In this document: piece by piece, positions 21,056 through 31,793 of the stretch | How the letters are laid out: every line of letters starts with the position of its first letter | How positions within the stretch are numbered: position 1 is the first letter of the stretch | From: Escherichia coli | Lineage (GTDB): Bacteria > Pseudomonadota > Gammaproteobacteria > Enterobacterales > Enterobacteriaceae | Length of the DNA: 64,000 nt | Direction: 5' to 3' (one strand) | NCBI RefSeq assembly: GCF_003790525.1 | Contig: NZ_CP033635.1 | Translations under genes and position numbers: made by a program | The notes under the pieces: generated by a model | Seen by the model: the letters and a program-made list of their open reading frames with translations, nothing else | Databases searched by the model: none | What the model was told of the DNA's origin: nothing

Positions 21056-22735
21056 TTATTGCGGGTAAGGCACCCAGTCGCCGCCGTTCAGGCGAACGTA
21101 CGGTTTATCCTGGTATTGAATAACTACTGCATTTGAGTTCTCGGAGACCGGTGCTGTTTGTGGCAACCCACTGGTGAGTTTTTTCCAGTCAACATTGTCT
21201 TCGGTGAAAATCTTGCCATCAAGAACCCGAACCACCAGATCGGAGATAGCCAGGAAGCTGCTCGGTTGGTCGATGACAATCGGTGCCCCCTGATGTGGTG
21301 CCTTCATGCCGAAGAATTTCACCCCAACGGGGACGTCTGTGATAGACGGGCTAGGGATATCACGTAGGCCAGATACCTGCATTCTGTCGCCCTTCAGCGC
21401 GCCGCCGTGTTCTGGCACCACGACCACCATCACTTTACGACCCGATTTCTCCAGTTCAGTAAAGAAGGCGTCCAGTTCATCAAAGAATTTCTGCGCCCGC
21501 GCTTTGTAATCCGCTGTTTTGCTGACGCCCGGATAATGGTTGCCGTCATGCAGTGGAAGCGTGTTGTAGAACGTGGCACTACGGCTGTTTTTATCTTTTT
21601 CGGTAACGTCCAGCCAGCGGTTAAGCACGGCGGTATCGTCATAAACCGGCGAACCATCAAAGCCCAGCAAAATAACCGGCAGATTTGTTTGATCCATCAA
21701 TTCGGTCTGCATGCCACCATTTTCGCGAACTTCTTTCAAAAAACCGCCGAACTGGCCGTTATGTCCCATCATCAGGTGCTGGGTAAAGCCCAGTTTCGAC
21801 AGGTTATCAAACAGATAGCAGTCATTATTTGCCGGTTGATACAGATTAGTGTGCGAAGTCTGCCCGCAGCTGGCGCGCAGTAAACGGATCGCCGCCGGGC
21901 CACTGTGGGAGGTGGCGGAGTTAAAGTTCTTGAACTCAATATCGAAATGCGACCACAGCGGATGCGACATCAACCCGGCGGCTTCAATATCCGACCAGGA
22001 AAGCGAACAGATATTAATCACCAGTAGTTCAAATGGCTGAGCATCAGCGGGCAGCGAAGACGGGAAGGTCGATTTACGTTTCGCCTCCGCGTTATAGAAA
22101 TTATTCAGCCAGGCGTTAAGGTTCGCCGTTGTTGGCGGTGCAGTTTGTGCGGGCATATCACCCACTACCGGTGCGCCACCCGTCGCCGCAACGGTTGCCG
22201 CTGCGTTACCACCCGTCGTTGTTACAGTGGTCGTCGGTTGACCGGCAGGCCACAAGGAGAAACTTGGTCCCGCCAGGGTAAGTACGTTCAGCCATAGCAG
22301 AATGGCAACCACAAAAACGGTAATGCGAATCCATTGTGACAGGAATAACCAGGCCACTAATAAAACAAAAATGGCCCCAATCATCTGCCAGTTAATAAAG
22401 CGTGTGACAAGGTCGATTAAATAATCGGTACTGAACCCCGCCACCTGCGAACCCTGGCTCATTATGCTTTCCGGGCCAGGCAACCAGGTGTCATGCCAGA
22501 ACAAAGCAAAGCCGATCGGCAGGGCAATCCAGTGGCGTAAGCGATGCAGGCTGTAGCGCGGAATGGGCATCAGCAGAAACGCGGCAAACACCAGATTGAG
22601 GAGCGGATGGAAGTTAAGATATCCTGCCCACAACAGGCCGAACTTAACCAGAAAATAGAAGTTCCAGCCGGAAAGGCCGCGCCAGTATTGCCAGAGGGAA
22701 GAAGGCATGGCGGTATTTTGCGTAAATTGAGTCAT
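21056..22735 (-). CDS. bcsG: cellulose phosphoethanolamine transferase
   Basis: 559-aa ORF; N-terminal TM helices, C-terminal alkaline-phosphatase-like domain; position next to bcsF/bcsE. Confidence 0.93.
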
Positions 22736-22923
22736 TTTTTGGTTGCCCTGGCTTTTTCCGTGCGGCGTAACGTCCCGGCCGGTTTAACATAACGAGGTTT
22801 AGCAAAGAACAAACGTAAGGTGTCGCGAATGCGTCGCAAAGAGTGCCGCGCCAGATAGCCCAGCGGGAAAAATATCAGTGCGCAAACGACAATAATTTCA
22901 ATGATATCGCTGATGGTCATCAT
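22732..22923 (-). CDS. bcsF: cellulose biosynthesis small membrane protein
   Basis: 63-aa single-TM ORF overlapping the bcsG start and bcsE stop by 4 bp each. Confidence 0.85.
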
Positions 22924-24491
22924 GATGAGCGCTCCACAGCATCATCTAACAGTCGCATTGGTTCTGGTATTCGTCGCCAGTGGCGACCATCGTGCTCGGC
23001 ATTGATGACCGGTTTAGAACTTTGCGTTAAAGGCAGCGGCATGCCCCATTGTTCTGGGGCAAGCAGGCGCATCTGCACCAGCTCGGCACTGATTTGATCA
23101 TCTTCAAACCAGACCATACGGTTTGAGAAAATGTCGCCAGTCGGCAATGGGAAAATATGATTCAACGCGGTATCCAGATCGTTAATCCGACAGAATGAGA
23201 GAAACAGCACCAGCCGATTACCGCCAATGGTCATGATATCGCCAGTGCGATTAGGGCGACATAGCGTCAGGGCTTGCTCAACGCGGATACCCGGTACCGG
23301 ACGTAGGGCAACCAGAACGCCTTTACCGTGGGCAGGTAATAGAGGGTTATTCATCATGTTGTTGACGGCATTACAGAACACATCCCACTTCTGGAAACCA
23401 CGCAGTTTGAGCGGCTGGGTCATTGACAGCAAGGTAGTGATATCTTCCGGCACATAGCGACTAAACTTCTGCCCTTGCACGCTTTCGATCATCGTCAGAC
23501 AGCGGGAGAGTGGGGCATTCCATGGGATAACCATATTTGCACCGCAGGCCAATAACAAACGTTCATCGGTGGCGCGCAGGCTAGCGGTATTTTCCCGTAC
23601 GAGGATTTTCATCGCACTACCGCGCTGGCGACGCAGAGTATGAATGCTGCGGGCCAGTGGCTCGATTTGCGCATTTTGTTGTAAAGAAAAGACCACCGTC
23701 GCCGCCTGAGCGGTACGGGCTTCATTAAACAGGACTTCGTTATTGTTGAACAGTTGCCAGTGTTCCGATAGCGGCGGCGCACCTTCAAGTACAGAAACAT
23801 TACTCAGAATGCGTTTTTCGTCGCTGCGTGGTTGGATTTCCGCCTCTTGGTGTTGAACTAATGTCCAGCAACCATTTTGTTGCTGAACGCTAAGCTGCTG
23901 ACGGGCGCTGACCCCTTTTTCGTTGCACCAGAAAGCAATATCCAGCAAATGTTGGTCGCCCTGAAAACGCAAACTGGCAAGACCAAAAAGTGAACGGTAT
24001 TCCTCAAGTAACAATGAAAATTGTTTATCGTTATTATTTCCGGAATTAATTACCAAAAGCGAACAATGGTTTAGCCGGCTCCATTTATTCATTTTATCCA
24101 ACCATGAGCGAAGCCGCTCGGCAGGAATGTTTTGCCATGCGTTATTTGCGCAAACAAGAATAAAAAGGTAATTATGGGGATCAATAGAACACTGCAAATC
24201 ACGGGCCAAATAGTATAGACCTTTTTCATGATTTAGCATTGAAAATAATGTTATTTTTCCCGGCCCTTGAGAATCATCTAATTGAAAGATTTTCGCTGGA
24301 TCGCTGTCCATGCTAATGACCGCGACGTGTGCGGTTTCAGCCTGGGATGCAATTGTTTGATTCGCCAGACTGATAGCATCTTCATGGCGATCGACGTTAA
24401 ACCACCAGACGCCGCCTGCTGGCATATGTCGCAGCTCATCCCATAATGATGAGATACCGATAGAGAATACAGGGTCCACAATGTCCCTCAT
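22920..24491 (-). CDS. bcsE: c-di-GMP-binding cellulose biosynthesis protein (GIL domain)
   Basis: 523-aa ORF recognised as BcsE; divergent from bcsR. Confidence 0.93.
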
Positions 24492-24762
24492 GTCAACATT
24501 TTGTCTGATTATCAGTTTACTAGCGAAAGCTAAGAAATAAACCTACCATTGAAATTAAAACTTATCAGATTTAGCATGTGAATCAATTTAGCAGGTCACA
24601 AGACATGTGATTTTAGTCTTTTCGTTTTTAACTTTTTCTGTTGCGTAACGGAAAGTCAAAAAGTGAGCACATTCCCGTCTCGCCGTAAACAATAAACCGG
24701 CGAAATGCTCACGGTTAGAATTGTCTCATGAACGGTACGGTTATTTCATAGGGATCAAGCAA

Positions 24763-24951
24763 ATGAATAACAATGAACCAGATACTCTGCCTGATCCCGC
24801 GATAGGCTATATCTTCCAGAATGATATTTTGGCGTTAAAGCAGGCATTTTCACTGCCTGATATTGATTATGCCGATATTTCCCAACGCGAACAGTTGGCC
24901 GCGGCATTAAAACGCTGGCCGTTGCTGGCAGAGTTTGCGCAACAAAAGTAG
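24763..24951 (+). CDS. bcsR: cellulose biosynthesis regulator BcsR
   Basis: Track ORF 24721-24951 trimmed to MNNNEPDTLPDP start (62 aa). Confidence 0.85.
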   Translation: MNNNEPDTLPDPAIGYIFQNDILALKQAFSLPDIDYADISQREQLAAALKRWPLLAEFAQQK

Positions 24952-24962
24952 GGGATTGGTGA

Positions 24963-25715
24963 ATGGCCGTACTGGGATTGCAGGGGGTGCGGGGAGGCGT
25001 GGGGACAACAACCATCACCGCCGCATTAGCCTGGTCATTACAAATGTTGGGAGAAAATGTCCTGGTGGTCGATGCCTGCCCGGACAACTTGTTGCGCCTG
25101 TCATTTAACGTTGATTTTACCCACCGTCAGGGCTGGGCCAGAGCTATGCTGGATGGCCAGGACTGGCGTGACGCCGGGTTGCGCTATACCTCGCAGCTCG
25201 ATTTGCTGCCTTTTGGTCAGTTATCCATTGAAGAACAAGAAAATCCACAGCACTGGCAAACCCGGCTGAGCGATATTTGCTCCGGCTTACAGCAACTAAA
25301 AGCCAGCGGGCGTTACCAGTGGATTTTAATTGACTTACCGCGTGATGCCTCACAGATAACCCACCAGCTGCTGAGTTTGTGCGATCACTCGCTGGCAATC
25401 GTCAATGTGGATGCCAACTGCCATATCCGACTGCATCAGCAAGCGCTGCCGGATGGCGCGCATATTTTGATTAATGACTTCCGTATCGGCAGTCAGGTTC
25501 AGGACGATATTTACCAGCTTTGGTTGCAAAGCCAGCGCCGATTACTGCCAATACTCATTCATCGTGATGAAGCGATGGCTCAATGCCTGGCGGCTAAGCA
25601 ACCAGTCGGTGAATACCGCAGTGATGCGCTGGCGGCTGAAGAGATACTGACGCTGGCTAACTGGTGCCTGTTGAACTATTCCGGGCTGAAAACGCCAGTC
25701 GGGAGTGCATCATGA
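24963..25715 (+). CDS. bcsQ: cellulose synthase operon ParA/MinD-like ATPase BcsQ, full length
   Basis: 250-aa uninterrupted ORF; codon 7 is CAG (Gln) in MAVLGLQG…; P-loop-like GVRGGVGTTT. Confidence 0.92.
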   Translation: MAVLGLQGVRGGVGTTTITAALAWSLQMLGENVLVVDACPDNLLRLSFNVDFTHRQGWARAMLDGQDWRDAGLRYTSQLDLLPFGQLSIEEQENPQHWQTRLSDICSGLQQLKASGRYQWILIDLPRDASQITHQLLSLCDHSLAIVNVDANCHIRLHQQALPDGAHILINDFRIGSQVQDDIYQLWLQSQRRLLPILIHRDEAMAQCLAAKQPVGEYRSDALAAEEILTLANWCLLNYSGLKTPVGSAS

Positions 25716-28330
25716 GTATCCTGACCCGGTGGTTGCTTATCCCGCCGGTCAACGCGCGGCTTATCGGGCGTTATCGCGATTATCGTCGTCACGGTGCGTC
25801 GGCTTTCAGCGCGACGCTCGGCTGTTTTTGGTTGATCCTGGCCTGGATTTTTATTCCGCTGGAGCACCCGCGCTGGCAGCGTATTCGCGCAGAACATAAA
25901 AACCTGTATCCGCATATCAACGCCTCGCGTCCGCGTCCGCTGGACCCGGTCCGTTATCTCATTCAAACATGCTGGTTACTGATCGGTACATCGCGCAAAG
26001 AAACGCCGAAACCGCGCAGGCGGACATTTTCAGGTCTGCAGAATATTCGTGGACGTTACCATCAATGGATGAACGAGCTGCCTGAGCGCGTTAGCCATAA
26101 AACACAGCATCTCGATGAGAAAAAAGAACTCGGCCATTTGAGCGCCGGGGCGCGGCGGTTGATCCTCGGTATCATCGTCACCTTCTCGCTGATTCTGGCG
26201 TTAATCTGCGTTACCCAGCCGTTTAACCCGCTGGCGCAGTTTATCTTCCTGATGCTGCTGTGGGGTGTAGCGCTGATCGTACGGCGGATGCCGGGGCGCT
26301 TCTCGGCGCTAATGTTGATTGTGCTGTCGCTGACCGTTTCTTGCCGTTATATCTGGTGGCGCTACACCTCTACGCTGAACTGGGACGATCCGGTCAGCCT
26401 GGTGTGCGGGCTTATTCTGCTGTTCGCCGAAACGTACGCGTGGATTGTGCTGGTGCTCGGTTACTTCCAGGTGGTATGGCCGCTGAATCGTCAGCCGGTG
26501 CCATTGCCGAAAGATATGTCGCTGTGGCCGTCGGTGGATATCTTTGTCCCGACTTACAACGAAGATCTCAACGTGGTGAAAAATACGATTTACGCCTCGC
26601 TGGGTATCGACTGGCCGAAAGACAAGCTGAACATCTGGATCCTCGATGACGGCGGCAGGGAAGAGTTTCGCCAGTTTGCGCAAAACGTGGGGGTGAAATA
26701 TATCGCCCGTACCACTCATGAACATGCGAAAGCGGGCAACATCAACAATGCGCTGAAATATGCCAAAGGCGAGTTCGTGTCGATTTTCGACTGCGACCAC
26801 GTACCAACGCGATCGTTCCTGCAAATGACCATGGGCTGGTTCCTGAAAGAAAAACAACTGGCGATGATGCAGACGCCGCACCACTTCTTCTCACCGGACC
26901 CGTTTGAACGCAACCTGGGACGTTTCCGTAAAACACCGAACGAAGGCACGCTGTTCTATGGTCTGGTGCAGGACGGCAACGATATGTGGGACGCCACCTT
27001 CTTCTGCGGTTCATGTGCGGTGATTCGCCGTAAACCGCTGGATGAAATTGGCGGCATTGCTGTCGAAACGGTAACTGAAGATGCGCATACTTCTCTGCGT
27101 TTGCACCGTCGTGGCTATACCTCCGCGTATATGCGTATTCCGCAGGCGGCGGGGCTGGCGACCGAAAGTCTGTCGGCGCATATCGGTCAGCGTATTCGCT
27201 GGGCGCGCGGGATGGTACAAATCTTCCGTCTCGATAACCCGCTCACCGGTAAAGGGCTGAAGTTTGCTCAGCGGCTATGTTACGTCAACGCCATGTTCCA
27301 CTTCTTGTCGGGCATTCCACGGCTGATCTTCCTGACTGCGCCGCTGGCGTTCCTGCTGCTTCATGCCTACATCATCTATGCGCCAGCGTTGATGATTGCC
27401 CTGTTCGTGCTGCCGCATATGATCCATGCCAGCCTGACCAACTCCAAGATCCAGGGCAAATATCGCCACTCTTTCTGGAGTGAAATCTACGAAACGGTGC
27501 TGGCGTGGTATATCGCACCACCGACGCTGGTGGCGCTGATTAACCCGCACAAAGGCAAATTTAACGTCACCGCCAAAGGTGGACTGGTGGAAGAAGAGTA
27601 CGTCGACTGGGTGATCTCGCGGCCCTACATCTTCCTTGTTCTGCTCAACCTGGTGGGCGTTGCGGTAGGCATCTGGCGCTACTTCTATGGCCCGCCAACC
27701 GAGATGCTCACCGTGGTCGTCAGTATGGTGTGGGTGTTCTACAACCTGATTGTTCTTGGCGGCGCAGTTGCGGTATCGGTAGAAAGCAAACAGGTACGCC
27801 GATCGCACCGCGTGGAGATGACGATGCCCGCGGCAATTGCCCGCGAAGATGGTCACCTCTTTTCGTGTACCGTTCAGGATTTCTCCGACGGTGGTTTGGG
27901 GATCAAGATCAACGGTCAGGCGCAGATTCTGGAAGGGCAGAAAGTGAATCTGTTGCTTAAACGTGGTCAGCAGGAATACGTCTTCCCGACCCAGGTGGCG
28001 CGCGTGATGGGTAATGAAGTTGGGCTGAAATTAATGCCGCTCACCACCCAGCAACATATCGATTTTGTGCAGTGTACGTTTGCCCGTGCGGATACATGGG
28101 CGCTCTGGCAGGACAGCTATCCGGAAGATAAGCCGCTGGAAAGTCTGCTGGATATTCTGAAGCTCGGCTTCCGTGGCTACCGCCATCTGGCGGAGTTTGC
28201 GCCTTCTTCGGTGAAGGGCATATTCCGTGTGCTGACTTCTCTGGTTTCCTGGGTTGTATCGTTTATTCCGCGCCGCCCGGAGCGGAGCGAAACGGCACAA
28301 CCATCGGATCAGGCTTTGGCTCAACAATGA
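25712..28330 (+). CDS. bcsA: cellulose synthase catalytic subunit (GT-2, PilZ domain)
   Basis: Track ORF 25664-28330 trimmed to MSILTRWLL start (872 aa); DCD and TED motifs, QRIRW (QxxRW), C-terminal PilZ region. Confidence 0.95.
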   Translation: MSILTRWLLIPPVNARLIGRYRDYRRHGASAFSATLGCFWLILAWIFIPLEHPRWQRIRAEHKNLYPHINASRPRPLDPVRYLIQTCWLLIGTSRKETPKPRRRTFSGLQNIRGRYHQWMNELPERVSHKTQHLDEKKELGHLSAGARRLILGIIVTFSLILALICVTQPFNPLAQFIFLMLLWGVALIVRRMPGRFSALMLIVLSLTVSCRYIWWRYTSTLNWDDPVSLVCGLILLFAETYAWIVLVLGYFQVVWPLNRQPVPLPKDMSLWPSVDIFVPTYNEDLNVVKNTIYASLGIDWPKDKLNIWILDDGGREEFRQFAQNVGVKYIARTTHEHAKAGNINNALKYAKGEFVSIFDCDHVPTRSFLQMTMGWFLKEKQLAMMQTPHHFFSPDPFERNLGRFRKTPNEGTLFYGLVQDGNDMWDATFFCGSCAVIRRKPLDEIGGIAVETVTEDAHTSLRLHRRGYTSAYMRIPQAAGLATESLSAHIGQRIRWARGMVQIFRLDNPLTGKGLKFAQRLCYVNAMFHFLSGIPRLIFLTAPLAFLLLHAYIIYAPALMIALFVLPHMIHASLTNSKIQGKYRHSFWSEIYETVLAWYIAPPTLVALINPHKGKFNVTAKGGLVEEEYVDWVISRPYIFLVLLNLVGVAVGIWRYFYGPPTEMLTVVVSMVWVFYNLIVLGGAVAVSVESKQVRRSHRVEMTMPAAIAREDGHLFSCTVQDFSDGGLGIKINGQAQILEGQKVNLLLKRGQQEYVFPTQVARVMGNEVGLKLMPLTTQQHIDFVQCTFARADTWALWQDSYPEDKPLESLLDILKLGFRGYRHLAEFAPSSVKGIFRVLTSLVSWVVSFIPRRPERSETAQPSDQALAQQ

Positions 28331-28340
28331 TGATAACGCG

Positions 28341-30680
28341 ATGAAAAGAAAACTATTCTGGATTTGTGCAGTGGCTATGGGGATGAGTGCGTTCCCCTCT
28401 TTCATGACGCAGGCGACGCCAGCAACGCAACCACTGATCAATGCTGAGCCAGCTGTAGCCGCCCAGACGGAACAAAATCCGCAGGTGGGGCAAGTGATGC
28501 CGGGCGTGCAGGGCGCTGATGCCCCCATCGTGGCGCAGAACGGTCCTTCGCGTGATGTGAAGCTGACCTTTGCGCAAATTGCGCCGCCGCCGGGCAGCAT
28601 GGTGCTACGTGGCATTAACCCGAACGGCAGCATTGAGTTTGGTATGCGCAGTGATGAAGTGGTGACGAAGGCGATGCTCAACCTCGAATACACGCCATCG
28701 CCATCGTTACTGCCTGTCCAGTCGCAGTTAAAGGTTTATCTCAATGATGAACTGATGGGCGTGCTGCCAGTGACCAAAGAACAGTTGGGTAAAAAAACGC
28801 TGGCGCAAATGCCCATTAACCCACTGTTTATTACCGACTTCAACCGTGTGCGGCTGGAGTTTGTCGGCCATTATCAGGACGTGTGCGAAAACCCGGCCAG
28901 CACCACGCTTTGGCTGGATGTTGGGCGGAGCAGTGGACTGGATTTGACCTATCAGACCCTGAATGTGAAGAATGACCTGTCACACTTCCCGGTGCCATTC
29001 TTTGACCCGCGTGATAACCGCACCAACACCTTGCCGATGGTCTTTGCGGGTGCGCCGGATGTTGGGCTGCAACAAGCATCTGCCATTGTCGCCTCGTGGT
29101 TTGGTTCGCGTTCTGGCTGGCGTGGGCAGAACTTCCCGGTGCTCTATAACCAACTGCCGGATCGCAATGCCATTGTTTTTGCCACTAATGACAAACGGCC
29201 GGACTTCCTGCGCGATCATCCGGCGGTAAAAGCCCCGGTGATTGAAATGATCAACCATCCGCAGAATCCTTACGTCAAACTGCTGGTGGTCTTTGGTCGT
29301 GACGACAAAGACCTGTTGCAGGCAGCGAAAGGTATCGCTCAGGGTAACATTCTGTTCCGTGGTGAAAGCGTGGTAGTGAATGAAGTGAAACCGCTGCTAC
29401 CGCGTAAGCCGTACGATGCGCCGAACTGGGTGCGTACCGATCGTCCGGTCACCTTTGGTGAACTGAAAACCTATGAAGAACAGTTACAATCCAGCGGTCT
29501 TGAGCCAGCAGCGATTAACGTTTCGCTAAATCTGCCGCCGGATCTCTACCTGATGCGCAGTACCGGCATTGATATGGATATCAACTATCGCTACACCATG
29601 CCGCCGGTGAAAGACAGTTCGCGGATGGATATCAGCCTGAATAACCAGTTCCTGCAATCCTTCAACCTGAGCAGTAAACAGGAGGCGAACCGCCTGCTGC
29701 TGCGGATTCCGGTATTACAAGGTTTGCTGGATGGCAAAACGGATGTCTCTATTCCGGCGCTGAAACTGGGCGCGACCAACCAGTTGCGGTTCGACTTTGA
29801 GTATATGAACCCGATGCCGGGCGGTTCGGTGGATAACTGTATTACCTTCCAGCCGGTGCAGAATCATGTGGTGATTGGTGACGACTCCACCATCGACTTC
29901 TCGAAGTATTACCACTTCATCCCGATGCCGGATCTACGCGCCTTTGCTAACGCGGGCTTCCCGTTCAGCCGGATGGCGGATCTGTCACAAACCATCACCG
30001 TGATGCCGAAAGCGCCTAACGAAGCACAGATGGAAACCTTGCTGAATACCGTTGGCTTTATCGGTGCGCAGACGGGCTTCCCGGCGATTAACCTGACGGT
30101 GACCGATGATGGCAGCACCATTCAGGGCAAAGATGCCGACATCATGATCGTCGGTGGTATCCCGGACAAACTGAAAGACGACAAGCAGATCGACCTGTTG
30201 GTGCAGGCGACCGAAAGCTGGGTGAAAACGCCGATGCGCCAGACCCCATTCCCCGGCATTGTACCGGACGAGAGCGATCGCGCGGCAGAAACTCAGTCAA
30301 CGCTGACCTCTTCCGGTGCGATGGCAGCGGTGATTGGCTTCCAGTCGCCGTATAACGACCAGCGTAGCGTGATTGCGCTGCTGGCAGATAGCCCACGCGG
30401 TTATGAAATGCTTAACGATGCGGTGAACGATAGCGGCAAACGCGCCACCATGTTCGGTTCGGTCGCGGTGATCCGCGAGTCCGGTATCAATAGCCTGCGT
30501 GTTGGCGACGTCTATTACGTTGGCCATCTGCCGTGGTTCGAACGCTTATGGTATGCCCTGGCAAACCATCCGATTCTGCTGGCGGTGCTGGCGGCAATCA
30601 GCGTCGTGCTGCTGGCATGGGTACTGTGGCGTTTGCTGCGTATTATCAGCCGTCGTCGTCTTAACCCGGATAACGAGTAA
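28341..30680 (+). CDS. bcsB: cellulose synthase periplasmic subunit B
   Basis: Track ORF 28254-30680 trimmed to MKRKLFWICAVAMGMSA start (779 aa); signal peptide; C-terminal TM anchor. Confidence 0.95.
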   Translation: MKRKLFWICAVAMGMSAFPSFMTQATPATQPLINAEPAVAAQTEQNPQVGQVMPGVQGADAPIVAQNGPSRDVKLTFAQIAPPPGSMVLRGINPNGSIEFGMRSDEVVTKAMLNLEYTPSPSLLPVQSQLKVYLNDELMGVLPVTKEQLGKKTLAQMPINPLFITDFNRVRLEFVGHYQDVCENPASTTLWLDVGRSSGLDLTYQTLNVKNDLSHFPVPFFDPRDNRTNTLPMVFAGAPDVGLQQASAIVASWFGSRSGWRGQNFPVLYNQLPDRNAIVFATNDKRPDFLRDHPAVKAPVIEMINHPQNPYVKLLVVFGRDDKDLLQAAKGIAQGNILFRGESVVVNEVKPLLPRKPYDAPNWVRTDRPVTFGELKTYEEQLQSSGLEPAAINVSLNLPPDLYLMRSTGIDMDINYRYTMPPVKDSSRMDISLNNQFLQSFNLSSKQEANRLLLRIPVLQGLLDGKTDVSIPALKLGATNQLRFDFEYMNPMPGGSVDNCITFQPVQNHVVIGDDSTIDFSKYYHFIPMPDLRAFANAGFPFSRMADLSQTITVMPKAPNEAQMETLLNTVGFIGAQTGFPAINLTVTDDGSTIQGKDADIMIVGGIPDKLKDDKQIDLLVQATESWVKTPMRQTPFPGIVPDESDRAAETQSTLTSSGAMAAVIGFQSPYNDQRSVIALLADSPRGYEMLNDAVNDSGKRATMFGSVAVIRESGINSLRVGDVYYVGHLPWFERLWYALANHPILLAVLAAISVVLLAWVLWRLLRIISRRRLNPDNE

Positions 30681-30686
30681 TTGAAG

Positions 30687-31793
30687 ATGAATGTGTTGCG
30701 TAGTGGACTCGTGACGATGCTGCTGCTGGCTGCCTTTAGTGTTCAGGCAGCCTGCAACTGGCCTGCCTGGGAGCAATTCAAAAAGGATTACATCAGTCAG
30801 GAAGGGCGCGTCATTGACCCAAGTGACGCGCGTAAAATCACCACTTCCGAAGGGCAAAGTTACGGCATGTTCTTTGCCCTGGCGGCTAACGACCGTGCAG
30901 CTTTCGATAATATTCTCGACTGGACGCAGAACAATCTCGCTCAGGGTTCTTTAAAAGAACGTTTGCCCGCATGGCTGTGGGGCAAGAAAGAGAACAGTAA
31001 GTGGGAAGTGCTGGACAGCAATTCGGCCTCCGATGGTGATGTCTGGATGGCCTGGTCGTTGCTGGAGGCGGGGCGTTTGTGGAAAGAGCAGCGTTATACC
31101 GACATCGGCAGCGCGTTGTTAAAACGTATTGCGCGGGAGGAAGTGGTGACGGTGCCTGGGCTGGGTTCCATGTTGTTGCCGGGCAAAGTGGGATTTGCAG
31201 AGGATAACAGCTGGCGTTTTAACCCCAGCTACCTGCCGCCGACGCTGGCGCAGTATTTCACCCGCTTTGGCGCGCCGTGGACTACGCTGCGCGAAACCAA
31301 TCAACGTTTATTGCTGGAAACCGCCCCGAAAGGCTTTTCGCCAGACTGGGTGCGCTATGAGAAAGACAAAGGCTGGCAGCTAAAAGCCGAAAAAACATTG
31401 ATCAGCAGCTACGACGCGATCCGCGTTTACATGTGGGTAGGCATGATGCCTGACAGCGATCCGCAAAAAGCGCGGATGCTCAACCGGTTTAAACCGATGG
31501 CGACATTCACCGAGAAAAACGGTTATCCGCCGGAAAAAGTGGATGTGGCTACGGGGAAAGCACAGGGTAAAGGACCGGTCGGTTTTTCTGCCGCCATGCT
31601 GCCCTTTTTACAAAACCGCGATGCGCAGGCCGTTCAGCGCCAGCGCGTGGCCGATAACTTTCCCGGCAGCGATGCCTATTACAACTATGTGCTGACCCTG
31701 TTTGGACAAGGCTGGGATCAACACCGTTTCCGCTTCTCGACAAAAGGTGAGTTATTACCTGACTGGGGCCAGGAATGCGCAAATTCACACTAA
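30687..31793 (+). CDS. bcsZ: periplasmic endo-1,4-beta-glucanase (GH8)
   Basis: ATG at 30687 (MNVLRSGLV…), 368 aa with signal peptide; recognised as BcsZ. Confidence 0.94.
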   Translation: MNVLRSGLVTMLLLAAFSVQAACNWPAWEQFKKDYISQEGRVIDPSDARKITTSEGQSYGMFFALAANDRAAFDNILDWTQNNLAQGSLKERLPAWLWGKKENSKWEVLDSNSASDGDVWMAWSLLEAGRLWKEQRYTDIGSALLKRIAREEVVTVPGLGSMLLPGKVGFAEDNSWRFNPSYLPPTLAQYFTRFGAPWTTLRETNQRLLLETAPKGFSPDWVRYEKDKGWQLKAEKTLISSYDAIRVYMWVGMMPDSDPQKARMLNRFKPMATFTEKNGYPPEKVDVATGKAQGKGPVGFSAAMLPFLQNRDAQAVQRQRVADNFPGSDAYYNYVLTLFGQGWDQHRFRFSTKGELLPDWGQECANSH

